Shown one piece after another: positions 24,111-37,266 of a stretch of 64,000 nucleotides of DNA. A program made the position numbers and the translations under genes. Under the pieces are notes generated by a model. It was not told the origin of the DNA and did no database searches. It worked only from the letters and a program-made list of their open reading frames with translations. The DNA comes from Octopus sinensis (lineage: Eukaryota). Within the stretch, counting starts at the first letter, position 1, and every line of letters begins with the position of its first letter. The stretch covers positions 140,864,001-140,928,000 of the forward strand of contig NC_042999.1 in NCBI RefSeq assembly GCF_006345805.1, written 5' to 3'.

Positions 24111-25669
24111 ATCACTTGTTTTTTGGGTTTTTTTTTGCTAGGACTTTGCACTAGCCCAAATCTGGTCTGTTATTCTCAGTATGTTATCTCATAGAAACAC
24201 CTAGTTGTCCTCTGTGTTATAATTTTCTAGCCCGTTCTCTATCTTACCATATACATCAGCTATGAATACTTCTCTGAACCTACAGCTGTTTGCTGACTCT
24301 TTCAATTTCTATATGCTCCTTTTTCAAATCCATATCATCTTTTATTGCTAAGTTCACCAAGTTCTTACTCTAAAGTCACTAATCAATGGTCAATAACTAA
24401 CACACCCACACACACATACAAACACTCTGCAGGTATGGCTGTATGGATATGAAATTCATTTGAAACTACATAGTTTCAGGTTCAGTCCCACAGTATAGCA
24501 CTTTGGGCAAGTATTTTCCACCACAGTCCCAGATTGACCAGTGCCTTCTGAGTGAGTTTAGGAGACAGCAAAAGAGTATATAATTGTGAGGAGTGGGGAA
24601 AATAATATAAAACAGAAAGAATGCAAAACGGTAGATAAACTATTTCCTTTTGTTTTACATGTTTCATATAAAATTAAAAAGGAGAAAAATATAGAGTAAG
24701 TTAAAAAATTAAAATTCACAAACTTAGTTTCAAAAGCTTCTCACATAATAAGAACCTGAATATCCTCTTACAGAAGTTTTTAAAATTAAAATGATGAAGA
24801 TATATGAACTAGTTCATAAAAAAATAACTACACAAAAACTTGCTCTAAGTTAAGTGATGTTAGTTTAGCAGAAAAAAACCCCCAACTTTTTCTACATATT
24901 TAGCATTCAAGAAATGGTAGGTACCACTACCAGTATGTTATCAGTATAATTATCATTATGTGTTGATATGTAAATATGTGACTGAAAGAGACCTTCTCTA
25001 ATCAAATCAGAATTCATATCATTTCTAAATGCAATGATTTTACTGAAGTAATTAACAGTTAGTTGAAGCAAGCTACTTGATGCGCATGAAATATTTCAGT
25101 GCTTAATCATGTTACCAAATGATGCACATTATACAAATTAGTCGAGCCATTTCAGCTAGATTTTAGTTTGTATCTGATATAAATAGCAATTACTGTCATT
25201 CTAGTTTCATGCAGAAAGGTGAGGGTGCTTATCCTCTAATCTCTGACAAGTGACCAACAGTTATGACACATCTAAGAATAATCTCCTTATTTTTCTGTAT
25301 GAGAAGAAAATAACAGGATTTATAGTTATTTACTTTCCACAACATGGGTGTTATAAATTGTTGGCTTACTACATTAAATTTACTATATATTTTCTTATAT
25401 ACACATTATACCTAATACATGTGCATGTCCATGTGTGTGCTTACACAACCATATACATGTTTGTTAGTGGCAAATTTTCCTTTTACTTGCATCCAGACAT
25501 TACTTGTTATATGCATCCTATTTTATCAAGATTTTTTTTACAGAAAACTGGAAATAAACAACCTCACTTGTATAACAGTGATAGTCATTTACAACCATCA
25601 TGTGACGCCAAGACAAGAATACACACAAACACATACACACATGTACATACGTATTGACACATATACATA

Positions 25670-25835
25670 CATGTATAATGGGTTTCCTTTCAGTTTCCGT
25701 CAACCAAATCCACTCACAAGGCTTTGGTAGGTCTGGGGCTATAGTAGAAAAAACTTGCAAAAGGTGCTACACAGTGGGACTAAACCCAAGAATACATGGT
25801 TGAGAAGCAAGCTTTTCAACCACACAACTAAGCCA
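25670..25835 (-). mobile_element. Family B SINE (head and core)
   Basis: aaatccactcacaaggctttggt..gctatagtagaa..cagtgggactaaacccaag..accacacaac. Confidence 0.65.
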
Positions 25836-26991
25836 TATTTGCACATAAATACATACATACATATATAGGAAAGAGAGAAGAGGAAGAGAGATTGTAAATA
25901 TTATGCCATAAAAGATAAAAGCAAGGTTTGCAGAATGATGTATGAATAGTCTACACATACACACACACTATGTACAATCTCAAAACCAAATATCTTCTTT
26001 TAATAAGGACAAATATGATACGCAGACTGAATAATTTAATACACCTATGCAACAGAAAGAGAGATTAAAACAAAAAGCAGGCTTTCTTTGAAGCAACAGA
26101 AAGACAGTAATAGTTGTGAAGCTTCTGAAAATAAGCCATTTATGTTGTGAAATAGTTTAAGGCCATTTCAAAGATTTGCTGATACTACTAATTCATAACA
26201 ATATATAAAATTTTAAGAAAAGAAAATCTTTCTCTTTTCCCCAATAGGTATCACAATTAATGAATAAAGAAACAACAAGCATTAAGACTTCAAACCTCAG
26301 TAAGTCAATAGGTTAATGGATGTAGAGTGTAAAATGATAATTTCTTTTATTGACATTTGGCCACAATTTTTGGTGGTGGCTGTAGTCGATTGAAACAATT
26401 CCAATACTTTACCACTAGTTATTTTATCACCCCTGGACAGATGACGGTATTGAAATTCAGACAATTAAGGAATCTAATGAACCAACACATTTTTTTCTGA
26501 TGCTCTACTTTTTCAATTATCCACTTTCCTTGTGCACATTTTAGGAAGGCATGATCAGTTAATTAAATCACCTTTTGTACATGATGAGTATTTATTAACC
26601 AACAATTGAAAGGCATACAATATGAAGGGACATAACCTAAAATTGCATGTCATTTTATCTGTGATGTCTTATTTCAATCACTGGTGGAATCACTAATTTA
26701 GGATGGGTACACATGATTAAATTGATATTGGTGCCAGTACTTAATAAGTAATGTAATTTTATTAACCTCAGAAGAATAAAAACAACAACAACAATAATAA
26801 TGATTTCAAATTTTGGTAAAAGGTCAGCAACATTGGAGTAAGCGTATAAGTCGATTACATCGACCCCAGTTATTTTATTGACCCAAAAAAGATGAAAGTC
26901 AAAGTCAACATCAGCGGAATTTGAACTCAAGGTAAAGATTACTAAGTATTTTGCTTGACATGTTAACAATTCTGCCAGCCCACTACCCTAA

Positions 26992-27016
26992 TAGTAGTAG
27001 TAGTAGTAGTAGCAGC

Positions 27017-27058
<42 letters not shown>
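26992..27058. repeat. (AGT)n microsatellite
   Basis: Direct reading. Confidence 0.95.
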
Positions 27059-27059
<1 letters not shown>

Positions 27060-28238
27060 AGAAGAAAATCTATTATCCTCAGGAAGAAAATGAGCCAATG
27101 TCAAAAAAGAACCATTGTAGTAAAGTAAAGAGAAAGTGTGTGTGTGTGTGTGTGCTTTTGCATATATGTGTGAAGAATCCAAAACTAAAATAAATTCACA
27201 TACGTCAAGTTATAATATAGAAAATATTACATAGTGTCAAACAAATAAAATGAATGGCCAGAAACTTGAGGGAGAGATGGAATTGATTAAATTGATGCAG
27301 AATTCACTGGCTCTTTAATTCATGAACCAGGCTGTGATGAAAAGCAAAGTGAGCACCGGTGGGATTTTAATTCAGAGAGTAGAGGGACATAGGAAAATAC
27401 CAATAGAGGAACTTAACTAAATACCAAAAGGCACTTCCTCATTGAATTTGTCACTCAAATAAATAAAATAAAGAACTAATATGACCAGAAATAAAACAAA
27501 TTAAAATAGAAACATCGTTGGAAGAAGAAACAAAAACAGAGGTTTTGCTGGCCTGTTTTTAAGTGGAAAAAAAAAAATGATAAATACACAAAGGATAAAA
27601 CCCATCAGAAAAGTGAAATTTTTATTGAAATTTTCAATAATAAAAACAAAAATGAACCCATATAAATGGTCTCTTAGTTTTCCTTGTCTGCTTTAGTATG
27701 TATTTGTGCACTCAAGTGTGAGTGTGTATGTTTCAAACATACACTCAAGTGTGAGTATGTTTCTTTCAATCATCTGTGTTTAGATGCACATACAGATATA
27801 TTCATATGATTTTTTATTTTTAGCTTGATTTTTTTATGTATTTGAGTACCTGAGTGTGCGGTTTCACAGCTTCTTTCAGTCAATTGCATCTGGGCACAGA
27901 GATATTTTATATAATTATTTTTTTTTACATTCACATACGACTTTAATTATGTAGCTTAAACATATTGAAAGTCTTCTTATTATGAAGTACATATACCACC
28001 ATACATATACATTCACACACACTGGTGTATCTTAAATGGAAAGAAGCAACTTTCAGTTCTGGTTCACCAAACTAGTTGAAATCTCTAGAAATTAACACAG
28101 TTCTTTCTCACAGGACTAGAAATTTCAGAGAGAGGGTTTAATCAATTAAACTGATTCCTATACATGACTGGTACTATATTTTATAAATCCTGAAAAGATG
28201 AAAGGAAAAGTTGAATGACTGTATTCCACATCCCATAA

Positions 28239-28392
28239 CATCATCATCATCATCGTTTAACATCCGTTTTCCATGCTAGCATGGCTTGGATGGTTTGACC
28301 AGGGTCTGGGAAGCCAGGAGGCTGCACCAGGTTCCAGTCTGATCTGGCAGTGTTTCTGCAGCTGGATGCCCTTCCTAATGCCAACCACAAGC
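28239..28392 (-). mobile_element. RTE 3'-tail module (short copy)
   Basis: (cat)n-cgtttaacatccgttttccatgctagcatgg...gctggatgcccttcctaatgccaaccac. Confidence 0.8.
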
Positions 28393-30315
28393 AATAAAAA
28401 ATTTTATAGACAAGTGTACATTTACAATAGCAGTACACAGTACACACACATCATTATCATTGTGCATTTTAATGGTTACTTTTTCCTGCATGCATGGATC
28501 AAACAAAATTATTGAGTCTGACAATGGCCAGTTGCTCTTCTTGTCGCCAATCTTCACATGTCTCCAACCATGGAAATATAATTTTCCTAGTACTTTCAAC
28601 ACCAAAACAGCAGAATGTCTGGATGTGTTTTCGTAGAAGATTGCAACGATAAACATCCCTTGTATGATGTTGAAGTTTGATTGGAATCAGCACAAGATAT
28701 TAAGATAAGCAGATGTCAACACACATATACACACACACACACAAACACACATATGTGATGAGCTTCTTTCAGTTGCCATGTACTAAATCCACTTACATGC
28801 CTTCAGTTGGCCCAGGGATTTAGTAGAAGACGCTCGTCCAAGGTGCTGTGCAGTGTGGGACTGAACCTCAAACTACAAGTGAACTTCTAAACCAAAGTCA
28901 TAATCGCACTTATATATATAAGGTACAAAAACAACATACTCTGAAGGTATTTAAAGGATAGAGTAATCAAAGGTTCGGGTAATTTGGTGTATTGAAATCC
29001 AAGAATTAGGTACCCCAAATCTTTGCCATGTATGTATGTATTCACACTCACGCACACACCACCACCACCATCATCATCTTCATCAATATCATTATCATTT
29101 TAACAGCATTTTCCATTATTTTCCATTATTATATGGGTTAAAACAAGAGTACATTGGAGCAAAGGGTTTTATAGCTAGACACCCTTCCTTACATCAACCC
29201 TTATCTGTTGCCATGTGAGGTAACAATCCCACAGTCTACTAAGAAACAAATAGCCTGGGCAGGTTTATATGGAGGACTAGTAACAAATGATATTACTTCA
29301 ATATTTACAAAGACTGTGCAACATGTAAGGATATTTCAAGCACCCTGAATGTGCACTCATGGCCAATTGCAAGCAAATGGTATCTTTTACATGAACAGCA
29401 TGGCCATTTTTTACAATCAACGAACACACATAAAGATGAGGAGAAATACAAAATAACTCACATAAATACACATACATAGCAGCCTAGGCACTATTACTGA
29501 AAGCAGACTGGATGATGACAAGTTACAGAGAGCTGTAAAGTCAACAGTAACAGTAAATACATTTAACTATACACCCAAGATATGTATGTATGTGTGTGTG
29601 TGTGTCGGTGGATGTATGTATGTATGTATGTATGTATGTATCCATGCATGCATGTATTATAAGAATGTATGTATGTATATATGTATGAAAGTGATTTCAA
29701 ATTTTGGCATACTGTCAGAAATTTCAGGGGGTGAGGTAAGTAGATTACATTGACACCAAGGTTCAACTGGTACTTGTATCATTAACCCTGAAAGATGAAA
29801 GGAAAAGTCAACCTCAACGGAATTTAAACTCAGAATGCAAAGATGGACAAAATTCTGCCTGGCATGCAAATGATTCTGCCAGCTTGCCAGCTTATATTAA
29901 TGTATAATGTTAATTTGAACATCTTCAGGTGAACCTCAGTGTAGAAAGAGACTGACTAGATCAAAATAAAAAATATTATTAATCTCTATGTTATCAAGTA
30001 CTCTTTTTTCCAGAAGTCAACACTAAATGGATATATATGTATACATCATGTTGATAGTTTTTCTGCAATCACTCCACCACACACACATATATATATATAA
30101 CTCTTTTACTTGTTTCAGTCATTTGACAGTGGCCATGCTGGACCACCGCTTTTAGTCGAGCAAATCAACCCCAGGACTTATTCTTTGTAAGCCTAGTACT
30201 CATTCTATCGGTCTCTTTTGCCGAACCACTAAGTTACGGGGATGTAAACACATGAACATCGGTTGTCAAGCGATGTTAGGGGGATAAACACAGACACAAA
30301 CATATACACACACAC

Positions 30316-30347
<32 letters not shown>

Positions 30348-30348
<1 letters not shown>

Positions 30349-31400
30349 TCATCATCATTTAGCGTCCGCTTTCCATGCTAGCATGGGTTGGATGGTTCAA
30401 CTGCGGTCTGTGAAGCCAGAAGGCTGCATCAGGCCCAGTTTGATCTGGCAGTGTTTCTACGGCTGGATGCCCTTCCTAACGCCAACCACTCCGTGAGTGT
30501 AGTGGGTGCTTTTTACGTGCCACCCGCACAGATGCCAGACGGAGCTGGCAAATGGCCACGGACGGATGGTGCTTTTTACGTGCCACCGGCACGGAGGCCA
30601 GATGAGGCTGGCAATGGCCACGATCAGATGGTGCTTTTTATATGCCACCGGCACAGGGGCCAGGCGAGGCTGGCAACGGCCACGAACGGATGGTGCTTTT
30701 TACATGCCACCAGCACAGAGGCCAGTCGGGGCGGCGCTGGCAACGGCCACAATCGGATGGTTCGCTTACTTGTCACCGGCACTGGTATCACAGCTGCAAT
30801 TTCCGATTTTGGTTCTGCTTTCTGATATCTGATTTGATTTGGTTTGATTTTGATTTTGATTTTTGATTTTCACTTGCCTCAACGGGTCTTCACAAGTGGA
30901 GTTTTGTGTCCCAAGAAGGAAAGGTATGTATAAGTCGATTGGCTACATACCAGGTAGAGGCCACGGGTTATGGTCTCACTAGTCTTGCCGGGTTTTCTCA
31001 CGCACAGCATATTTCCATAGGTCTCGGTCTCTAGTCATTTCCTTGGTGAGACCTAAAGTTCGAAGGTCGTGCTTCACCACCTCATCCCAGGTTTTCCTGG
31101 GTCACCTCTTCCACAGGTTCCCTCAACCGCTAGGGTGTGGCACTTTTGCACACAACTATCTTCAGCCATTCTCGTCACATGACCATACCAGCATAAACGT
31201 CTCTCTTGCACACCACAACTGATGCTTTTTAGGTCCAACTTTTCTCTCAAGGTACTTACACTCTGTCGATTATGAACACTGACATTACACATCCATCGGA
31301 GCATACTGGCTTCATTTCTTGTGAGCTTACGCATATCCTCAGCAGTCACGGCCCATGTTTCACTACCTTGGCTATTTGTACACATGCATTATACAGTCTG
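30348..31400 (-). mobile_element. 5'-truncated RTE LINE with minisatellite-containing 3' UTR
   Basis: RLYNACV..GSETWAVTAEDMRKL.RNEASMLRWMCNVSV..QERRL.WYGHV.RM (ORF 31074-31385), then an (aaatc)n tract, 62-bp repeats and the (GAT)n tail module. Confidence 0.9.
30505..30790. repeat. 62-63-bp GC-rich minisatellite, ~4.3 copies
   Basis: ggtgctttttacgtgccacc-type unit starts at 30505, 30568, 30630 and 30692, with a diverged unit at 30759. Confidence 0.9.
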
Positions 31401-31760
31401 ATATATACATACAGAAATACGGCGGGCTTTTTCAGTTTCTGTCTACCAAATCCACTCACAAGGCTTTGGTCGGCCCGAGGCTATAGTAGTAAACACTTGC
31501 CCAAGCTGCCAGGCAGTGGGACTGAACCCGGAACCATGTGGTTTGTAAGCAAGCTACTTACCACACAGCCACCCTATGCCTACATATGTCATTATTATCA
31601 TTTAACGTCAGTCTTCCATGCTGCTATGGGTTAGACAGCTTGACAGGATCCAGTGAGTTGGAGGATTGCATTGGGCTCCAGTGTCTGCTGTGGAATAGTT
31701 TCTATGTACATATGTATGCATGCATGTATGTATGTATGTATGTATGTATATATATATATG

Positions 31761-32230
31761 TGCAAAGAGCACCATACGAGTATGATCGTTGACAGAGCGG
31801 CTATTCGAGTATGATCGTTACCAGCATCGCCTTACTGGCACTTATGCCTGTGCTAGTAGGGTGCCAAGAACACCATCCGAGTGTGATCATTGCCAGAGCA
31901 GCCAACTGGCTTCCGTACCCATGGCACGTAAAAAGGCACCATTCAAGCATGATCGTTACCAACGTCACATCACTGGCACCTGTGTTGGTGGCACGTGTAA
32001 AAAGATTCAAGCGAGGTCATTGACAGTACCACCTGACTGGCCCCTGTGCAGGTAGCACATAAAAAGCACCCACTACACTCTTGGAGTGGTTGGCATTAAG
32101 AAGGGCATCCAGCTGTAGAAACTCTGCCAGATCAAGACTGGAGCCTGGTGCAGCCATCTGGCTTGCCAGCCCTCAGTCAAAATCGTCCAACCCATGCTAG
32201 TATGGAAAACAGACGTTAAATGATGATGAT
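31761..32230 (+). mobile_element. RTE 3'-tail element with diverged minisatellite units
   Basis: Repeated (t/c)gagtatgatcgtt/ggcacgtaaaa units, then gcacccactacactcttggagtggttggc..ccaacccatgctag..gatgatgat. Confidence 0.8.
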
Positions 32231-32280
32231 ATACATATGCACACACACACTGAATATATATATATGTATATATATATATA

Positions 32281-34105
32281 CATCATCATTATTATCCCCT
32301 TCCATGCTGATATGGGCTGGACAGTTTGACAGGAGCTGGCAATTCAGAGAACTGCACTTGGCTCCATTGTTAACATGGTTTCTATAACTGGATGCCTTTC
32401 TTAATGACAATCACTTTATAGAGTGTACTAAGTACTTTTTATGTGGCACCAGCACCAATGGAGTTACCAACTAACTTGCAAGACAAATACCCCTTAGCTG
32501 GGAGAGGTAGTAGTACTGAGGAAGGTAGCTTTTTGCCAGATCGAAAAATTAATGTATAATACAGGGATAGAGATAGTGTCTTACTATAAAGGAAATACCT
32601 GGTTATCCCAGTAGGAAAAGAAAGGAAAGGAAGGAGGGATAGAGTTAGAGAAGGAGAGATAGAGAGAGGGAGAAAAAGAGAGAGAGAGGGGAAACATGCT
32701 GTTGGAGATATATGGAGGGGTGGGAGTATTAGTGGTACTGAGGGGATAGAAAGGGAAGTTTCATGAGAGTGTGCAGGGAGATGTTTAGAGATGGGAAAGA
32801 AGTGACTGTCGGAAGTGATACTGAGAGATATTGAAGTGGCTGGGGAAAGGGGACTATGGTAGACATATGAAGGCATGAAGAGTGTGTGCAGGAGAGAGGA
32901 GGGTCCTGCAGTGAGTGATGATCATAGGTAGGGGAAAGAAGTGTGTTGGGCAGATGGGTTGTGGGAGTGTTTTGACAGGGAAGAGATTCTGTATGTTGGA
33001 GGAATGTCCATAAAGGACATGCCTATATGCATGGCCACAATTTTACTTAGCTTGAAGTGTCTTCTCAAGCATAGTAAATCACCAGATGTCTTAGTCCATT
33101 GTCATCTCCTCATTGAGGTTCAACATCTGAAGATCATTTCTCACCGGTTTGTCCCAAGTGTTTTGGGTCTATCACTTCCACAGGCTCCCTCCACAATTAG
33201 AGTTTGGCACTTTTTTATGCACTGTTCCCATCCATTCACATCACATGACCATACCAGTGCAGTCTTCTCTCTTGCACACTACAGCTGATGCCTTTTATAT
33301 CCAATTTTTCTCTTAAAACATTTATGCTTTGTATCGCACATTCAGAGGAGCATGCTGGCTTTATTTCATTGAAGCCTTCACATGATCTCTGCAGTCATAG
33401 GCCAAGTTTCACTGCAATGTATAATAGTTGTCCATACACAGGCATCATACAATTTGATTTATACTCTAAGAGAGAGGCCCTTTGTTTCCAACAAAGGTAA
33501 TGGCTCTCTGAACTTTGCCTAGCAGGTACTTATTCCTGACAACTATGCTTTTGAAGCACCATTCTCCACTGCTGATTTGCTCACCTAGGTAAAATAAGCT
33601 ATCTACCACTTCTAAGGATCTTGCCAGACATTTGCAGAAGTTTATTTCCTGTACATTCTATCACACACAAAGACTATTTCTCTGTTAACCTCCCTGTGAT
33701 ACTACTGCACCTCTTATGTGTCCATTGCTAACACTGTGTACACAGTATGAAATTTACATCTGCACCTTTTCTATATAATGAGAAGGGCCATCTCCCTGGA
33801 GGGATTTGTGATTTGTCTGTCTTCCTACTTACTAGGACTAGTAATTTTCATTAAATTATCACTACTATACTCATTGCTGACCTTCACCTAACTGACAGCA
33901 TCCATGTACATGGCTTGTATGGTTTTCATCAACCAGTCATTTGTCTCTAGCTTCCACATTAACTACCAGATGCGGGAGTGAGGGACCCAGTCAAATGCTT
34001 TCTCCAGGTTGACAAAAGCCAAGTACAGAGATTTCTTTTCCTTAAATGCTTCTCCTGCAGTTACCCAAATAGGAAGATAGCATCAGTAGTGTTTCTCTCT
34101 TGCAC
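32281..34105 (-). mobile_element. Decayed RTE LINE with internal RT deletion
   Basis: TTDAIF..LQEK..LYLAFVNLEKAFD.VP, then a jump to the Cys-rich insert, LEVVD..YLG, KGLSLRV..LYDACV..SETW, a CT-rich UTR and a (GAT)n tail. Many stops. Confidence 0.85.
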
Positions 34106-35485
34106 AAAGTTAAGCCAAACTACATTTCATACACATATTAAATATTCACAGACATACACATATAAATGGCTCATTTTGGTTTTATTTATGCAGACTACCT
34201 AACCCCACCAACTCCCCATATGGACATTTCCCATTAAGCCACACCTCTACCTCTATTCATCACACTACATTCACTTCTACCCTAATCTCTAACCATCTGA
34301 TATTCTCCTCACACATTCTTATAACCCCATCACCCACTTCTGATCTACTGTCTATATCCATCACCTCCTTGCTCTTCAAGGATTTGCTCTGATACCCCAA
34401 CACTTCCATCTTATCTTTTTCCCAGCTAGTCCCACTCAGTCTTATATAATGTGAGGTAGCCATGTCACTCATCTGTTGCAACACACCTGTGCTTTCTCTC
34501 TCTCTCACTCCACTGCTTAAATAACCTTTCCCCCACTTAGTTGAGAGAACTTCTTCCTTTTCTTGTTTTGCAAGTTACTTTATGACCTCACTAGTACCAG
34601 TGGTATGTAAAATGCACCTTGTACATGTGATTGGTGTTAGGAAGGGCATCCAGCCATAGAAAACATGTCAAAACTGATATTGGAGCATGAGTGGCCTGTT
34701 GGATCCTGTCAAGCCATCTAAACCATGCCAGTATGAAAAATAGATGCTAAATACATACACACACACACACACACATTATTATTCATCTGTTATTCACATA
34801 CATATCACAAACCACTCAGTTATTTTTGTTAGCTCATTTACATTTCTATTCCTGCTCTATTTCTTCTACTGGAGAAGTTAGAACAACTGTTGTGCAGATG
34901 ATGCCTACTGAGATAGAAGCATGTGTCAACAGCTGTTCCGCCTGCTCCCTTTCAGTTGATATTGATTGCCAGTAGGTAATTCTTGTCTTCTCTGGAAGGA
35001 AACATAGTTTCAATGAATCAAGAATTTGCTTTCTATAATATTTAATGTACCTTTATTCATATTTTATGTTTGAATGCATGCTGCTAGCCACTGAGTTGTT
35101 CTTCTTACACAATTTTGTTTCATTTATGTGAATTATCTAGGTTATAATTGTCTTCACTTGACTTGTTCAGTCGGAGATAGATAAGGCAACTGTTGTGCTG
35201 AGGACTGCTAGAAATAGAAACGCATGTGCACAGCTGTTCTCTTGTCTCCAGAGAATGTTTCCCTTAATAGCATTTCGATTTTGGAGAATTCTTGAGATTG
35301 TCTCCTCTTCTCATCTGGAAATAGCTTGAAGAGCCTTCAAGTGATTGGTCTATCTTCTCTGGAAGTGGAGATAGTTTTAAAATATTAAGAATTTGTCTAG
35401 CATAGTACTTAATACACCCTTATTTGTTTTTCTTATGAACATATGCACAAATACAAACATGCACACACACATACATATACATATA

Positions 35486-36699
35486 TTGAGTCATCTCATG
35501 AATAATGCATTTTTTTTTCAAATGCATGAACAAAAAGTCAGAAGGAAATGGGATAAACTACCTGTGTCAACTTGCTATAAAAGCAGGTAGTAATTTTACC
35601 TTGTCCTTATTCTTAGTGTAAGATTTGAAGAGTGCAGTTCAATTTTAACAGTTATTTTTTCAAAGCTATAATGGAAGTGACAAGGGAGCATATTTAGCAT
35701 ATTTTGCTTTATGAGTTACCAACGTCACTTCACTGGCACCTGTGCCGGTGGCACATGTAAAAAGATTCGAGCAAAGTCATTGCCAGTATCGCCTGACTGG
35801 CTCCTGTGCCGGTGGCACGTAAAAAGCACCCACTACACTGTCGGAGTGGTTGACGTTAGGAAGGGCATCCAGCTGTAGAAACTCTACCAGATCAAGATTG
35901 GAGCCTGGTGCAGCCATCTGGCTCGCCAGCCCTCAGTCAAAATCGTCCAACCCATGCTAACATGGAAAGCGGACGTTAAACGAGGATGATGATGATGATG
36001 AGTTCAATAACAGTAATAATGAAAAGGAAAGTGTGAGGAATATTAATGCAGTATATGGGGATCGGACAATAAGCGTAAGCCAGTTCAATGGTGGTTCCAG
36101 TAATTCCAAGCCAGAAACTACACCCTAGAAGACAAGTCTCGTCCTCGAAGATCTGTAGAGCTTGATGAGGACATCCTGCAAAGCCTCGTGGAACAAAATC
36201 TCATAGTAACTATTGAGAAACTAGCAGAGAACCTTGGATTTGGTCATTCAACCATTTATTGACACCTGTGTGACATTGGAAAAGTCAGGAAATTGGGTCA
36301 ATGGGTTCCTAACAAACTTTCCAAGTCTAATGCTTGGACACATACAGCAAGGATGACATTCCAAAGGCTGGAGGAGTTTCAATGGGAAATGATGTCCTAC
36401 CCACCATATTCAGTAGACATTGCTCTATCTGATTATAATTTATTCCACAGTCCGCAAAATCATTTGGACAGATAAAATATGAATTCTGTTGATGAGGTCA
36501 GAACAGTACTGGAGGAGTATTTTTTTTCATGGACAAGTGAATTTTGGAGGAGGGGCCTTGCAAGTCTAAAAAACAAAAGGAAGAGCATTGTAGAAAATGA
36601 AGGAGAATATATTTTAGATTAAAAAAGAACATTTTTTTATTTTAATTTTGAAAAATAAAAGAAGTATAAAAAAAACACATTATTTATGGGATGACCCAA
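35486..36699 (+). mobile_element. Internally deleted mariner transposon (transposase pseudogene 35671-36622)
   Basis: TA-flanked ~30-bp TIRs ttgagtcatctcatgaataatgc / cacattatttatgggatgacccaa. MEVTREHI..HILLYEF, WVP(NKL) and YSVDIALSDY are mariner WVPHEL/YSPDLAPSDY-like motifs, and the frame ends GEYILD*. Confidence 0.9.
35718..35997 (+). mobile_element. RTE 3'-tail element inserted in the mariner ORF
   Basis: 7-bp TSD atgagtt at 35711-35717 and 35998-36004. Removing the insert restores LLYEFNN. Confidence 0.85.
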
Positions 36700-36782
36700 T
36701 ATATACATACACACACACACCACTTATATACATAAGTATACAACACACATGCACATATATGTATGTATGTATGTATGTATAT

Positions 36783-36829
<47 letters not shown>

Positions 36830-36833
36830 CACG

Positions 36834-36866
<33 letters not shown>

Positions 36867-36876
36867 GTAATGTATG

Positions 36877-36913
<37 letters not shown>

Positions 36914-36950
36914 GCATACATACATTACATACATATATATGTAATGTATG

Positions 36951-36989
<39 letters not shown>

Positions 36990-37035
36990 GTATATGCACA
37001 TGTATACATATATATAATGCATACACACACACAAA
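36700..37035. repeat. Compound (TA)/(TACA)/(TATG) microsatellite with ~75-80-bp higher-order duplication
   Basis: cacgcatacatac at 36830 and 36911; gtaatgtatgtatg repeated. Confidence 0.9.
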
Positions 37036-37221
37036 TACTATCAATTATTCTTTCAAAAGCCAAAATGATCATGTTATAAAAATGATGTAGGTTGATGTTT
37101 GTTTTTCTGTCAAGTTATTTATAAAAACAAGTTAACATTAACCTGATGGATTACATGTCTATTAAACTTTTATAAGGAAAAACTTGATAGTGACACACAC
37201 GCACACACATATATATGTATG

Positions 37222-37266
<45 letters not shown>

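Larger units (their letters stand above)
30095..31578 (-). mobile_element. Family B SINE split by an RTE insertion in its microsatellite
   Basis: Head and core at 31405-31578, body at 30095-30345, with (TA/CA)n remnants at both junctions. Confidence 0.7.

Noticed and set aside
30505-30790. Regularly spaced repeats resembling a CRISPR array (also 16700-17162)
   Set aside because: Whole units are homologous with no unique spacers, and the context is eukaryotic with no cas genes.
36648-37090. Long ORFs rich in Y/I/H/T/C/V (also at 4194-4564, 25250-25760, 26951-27193, 37696-38760 and 44108-44925)
   Set aside because: These are translations of (TA), (CA), (TG), (TATG), (AGT) and (AGAT) microsatellites, which lack stops by construction.
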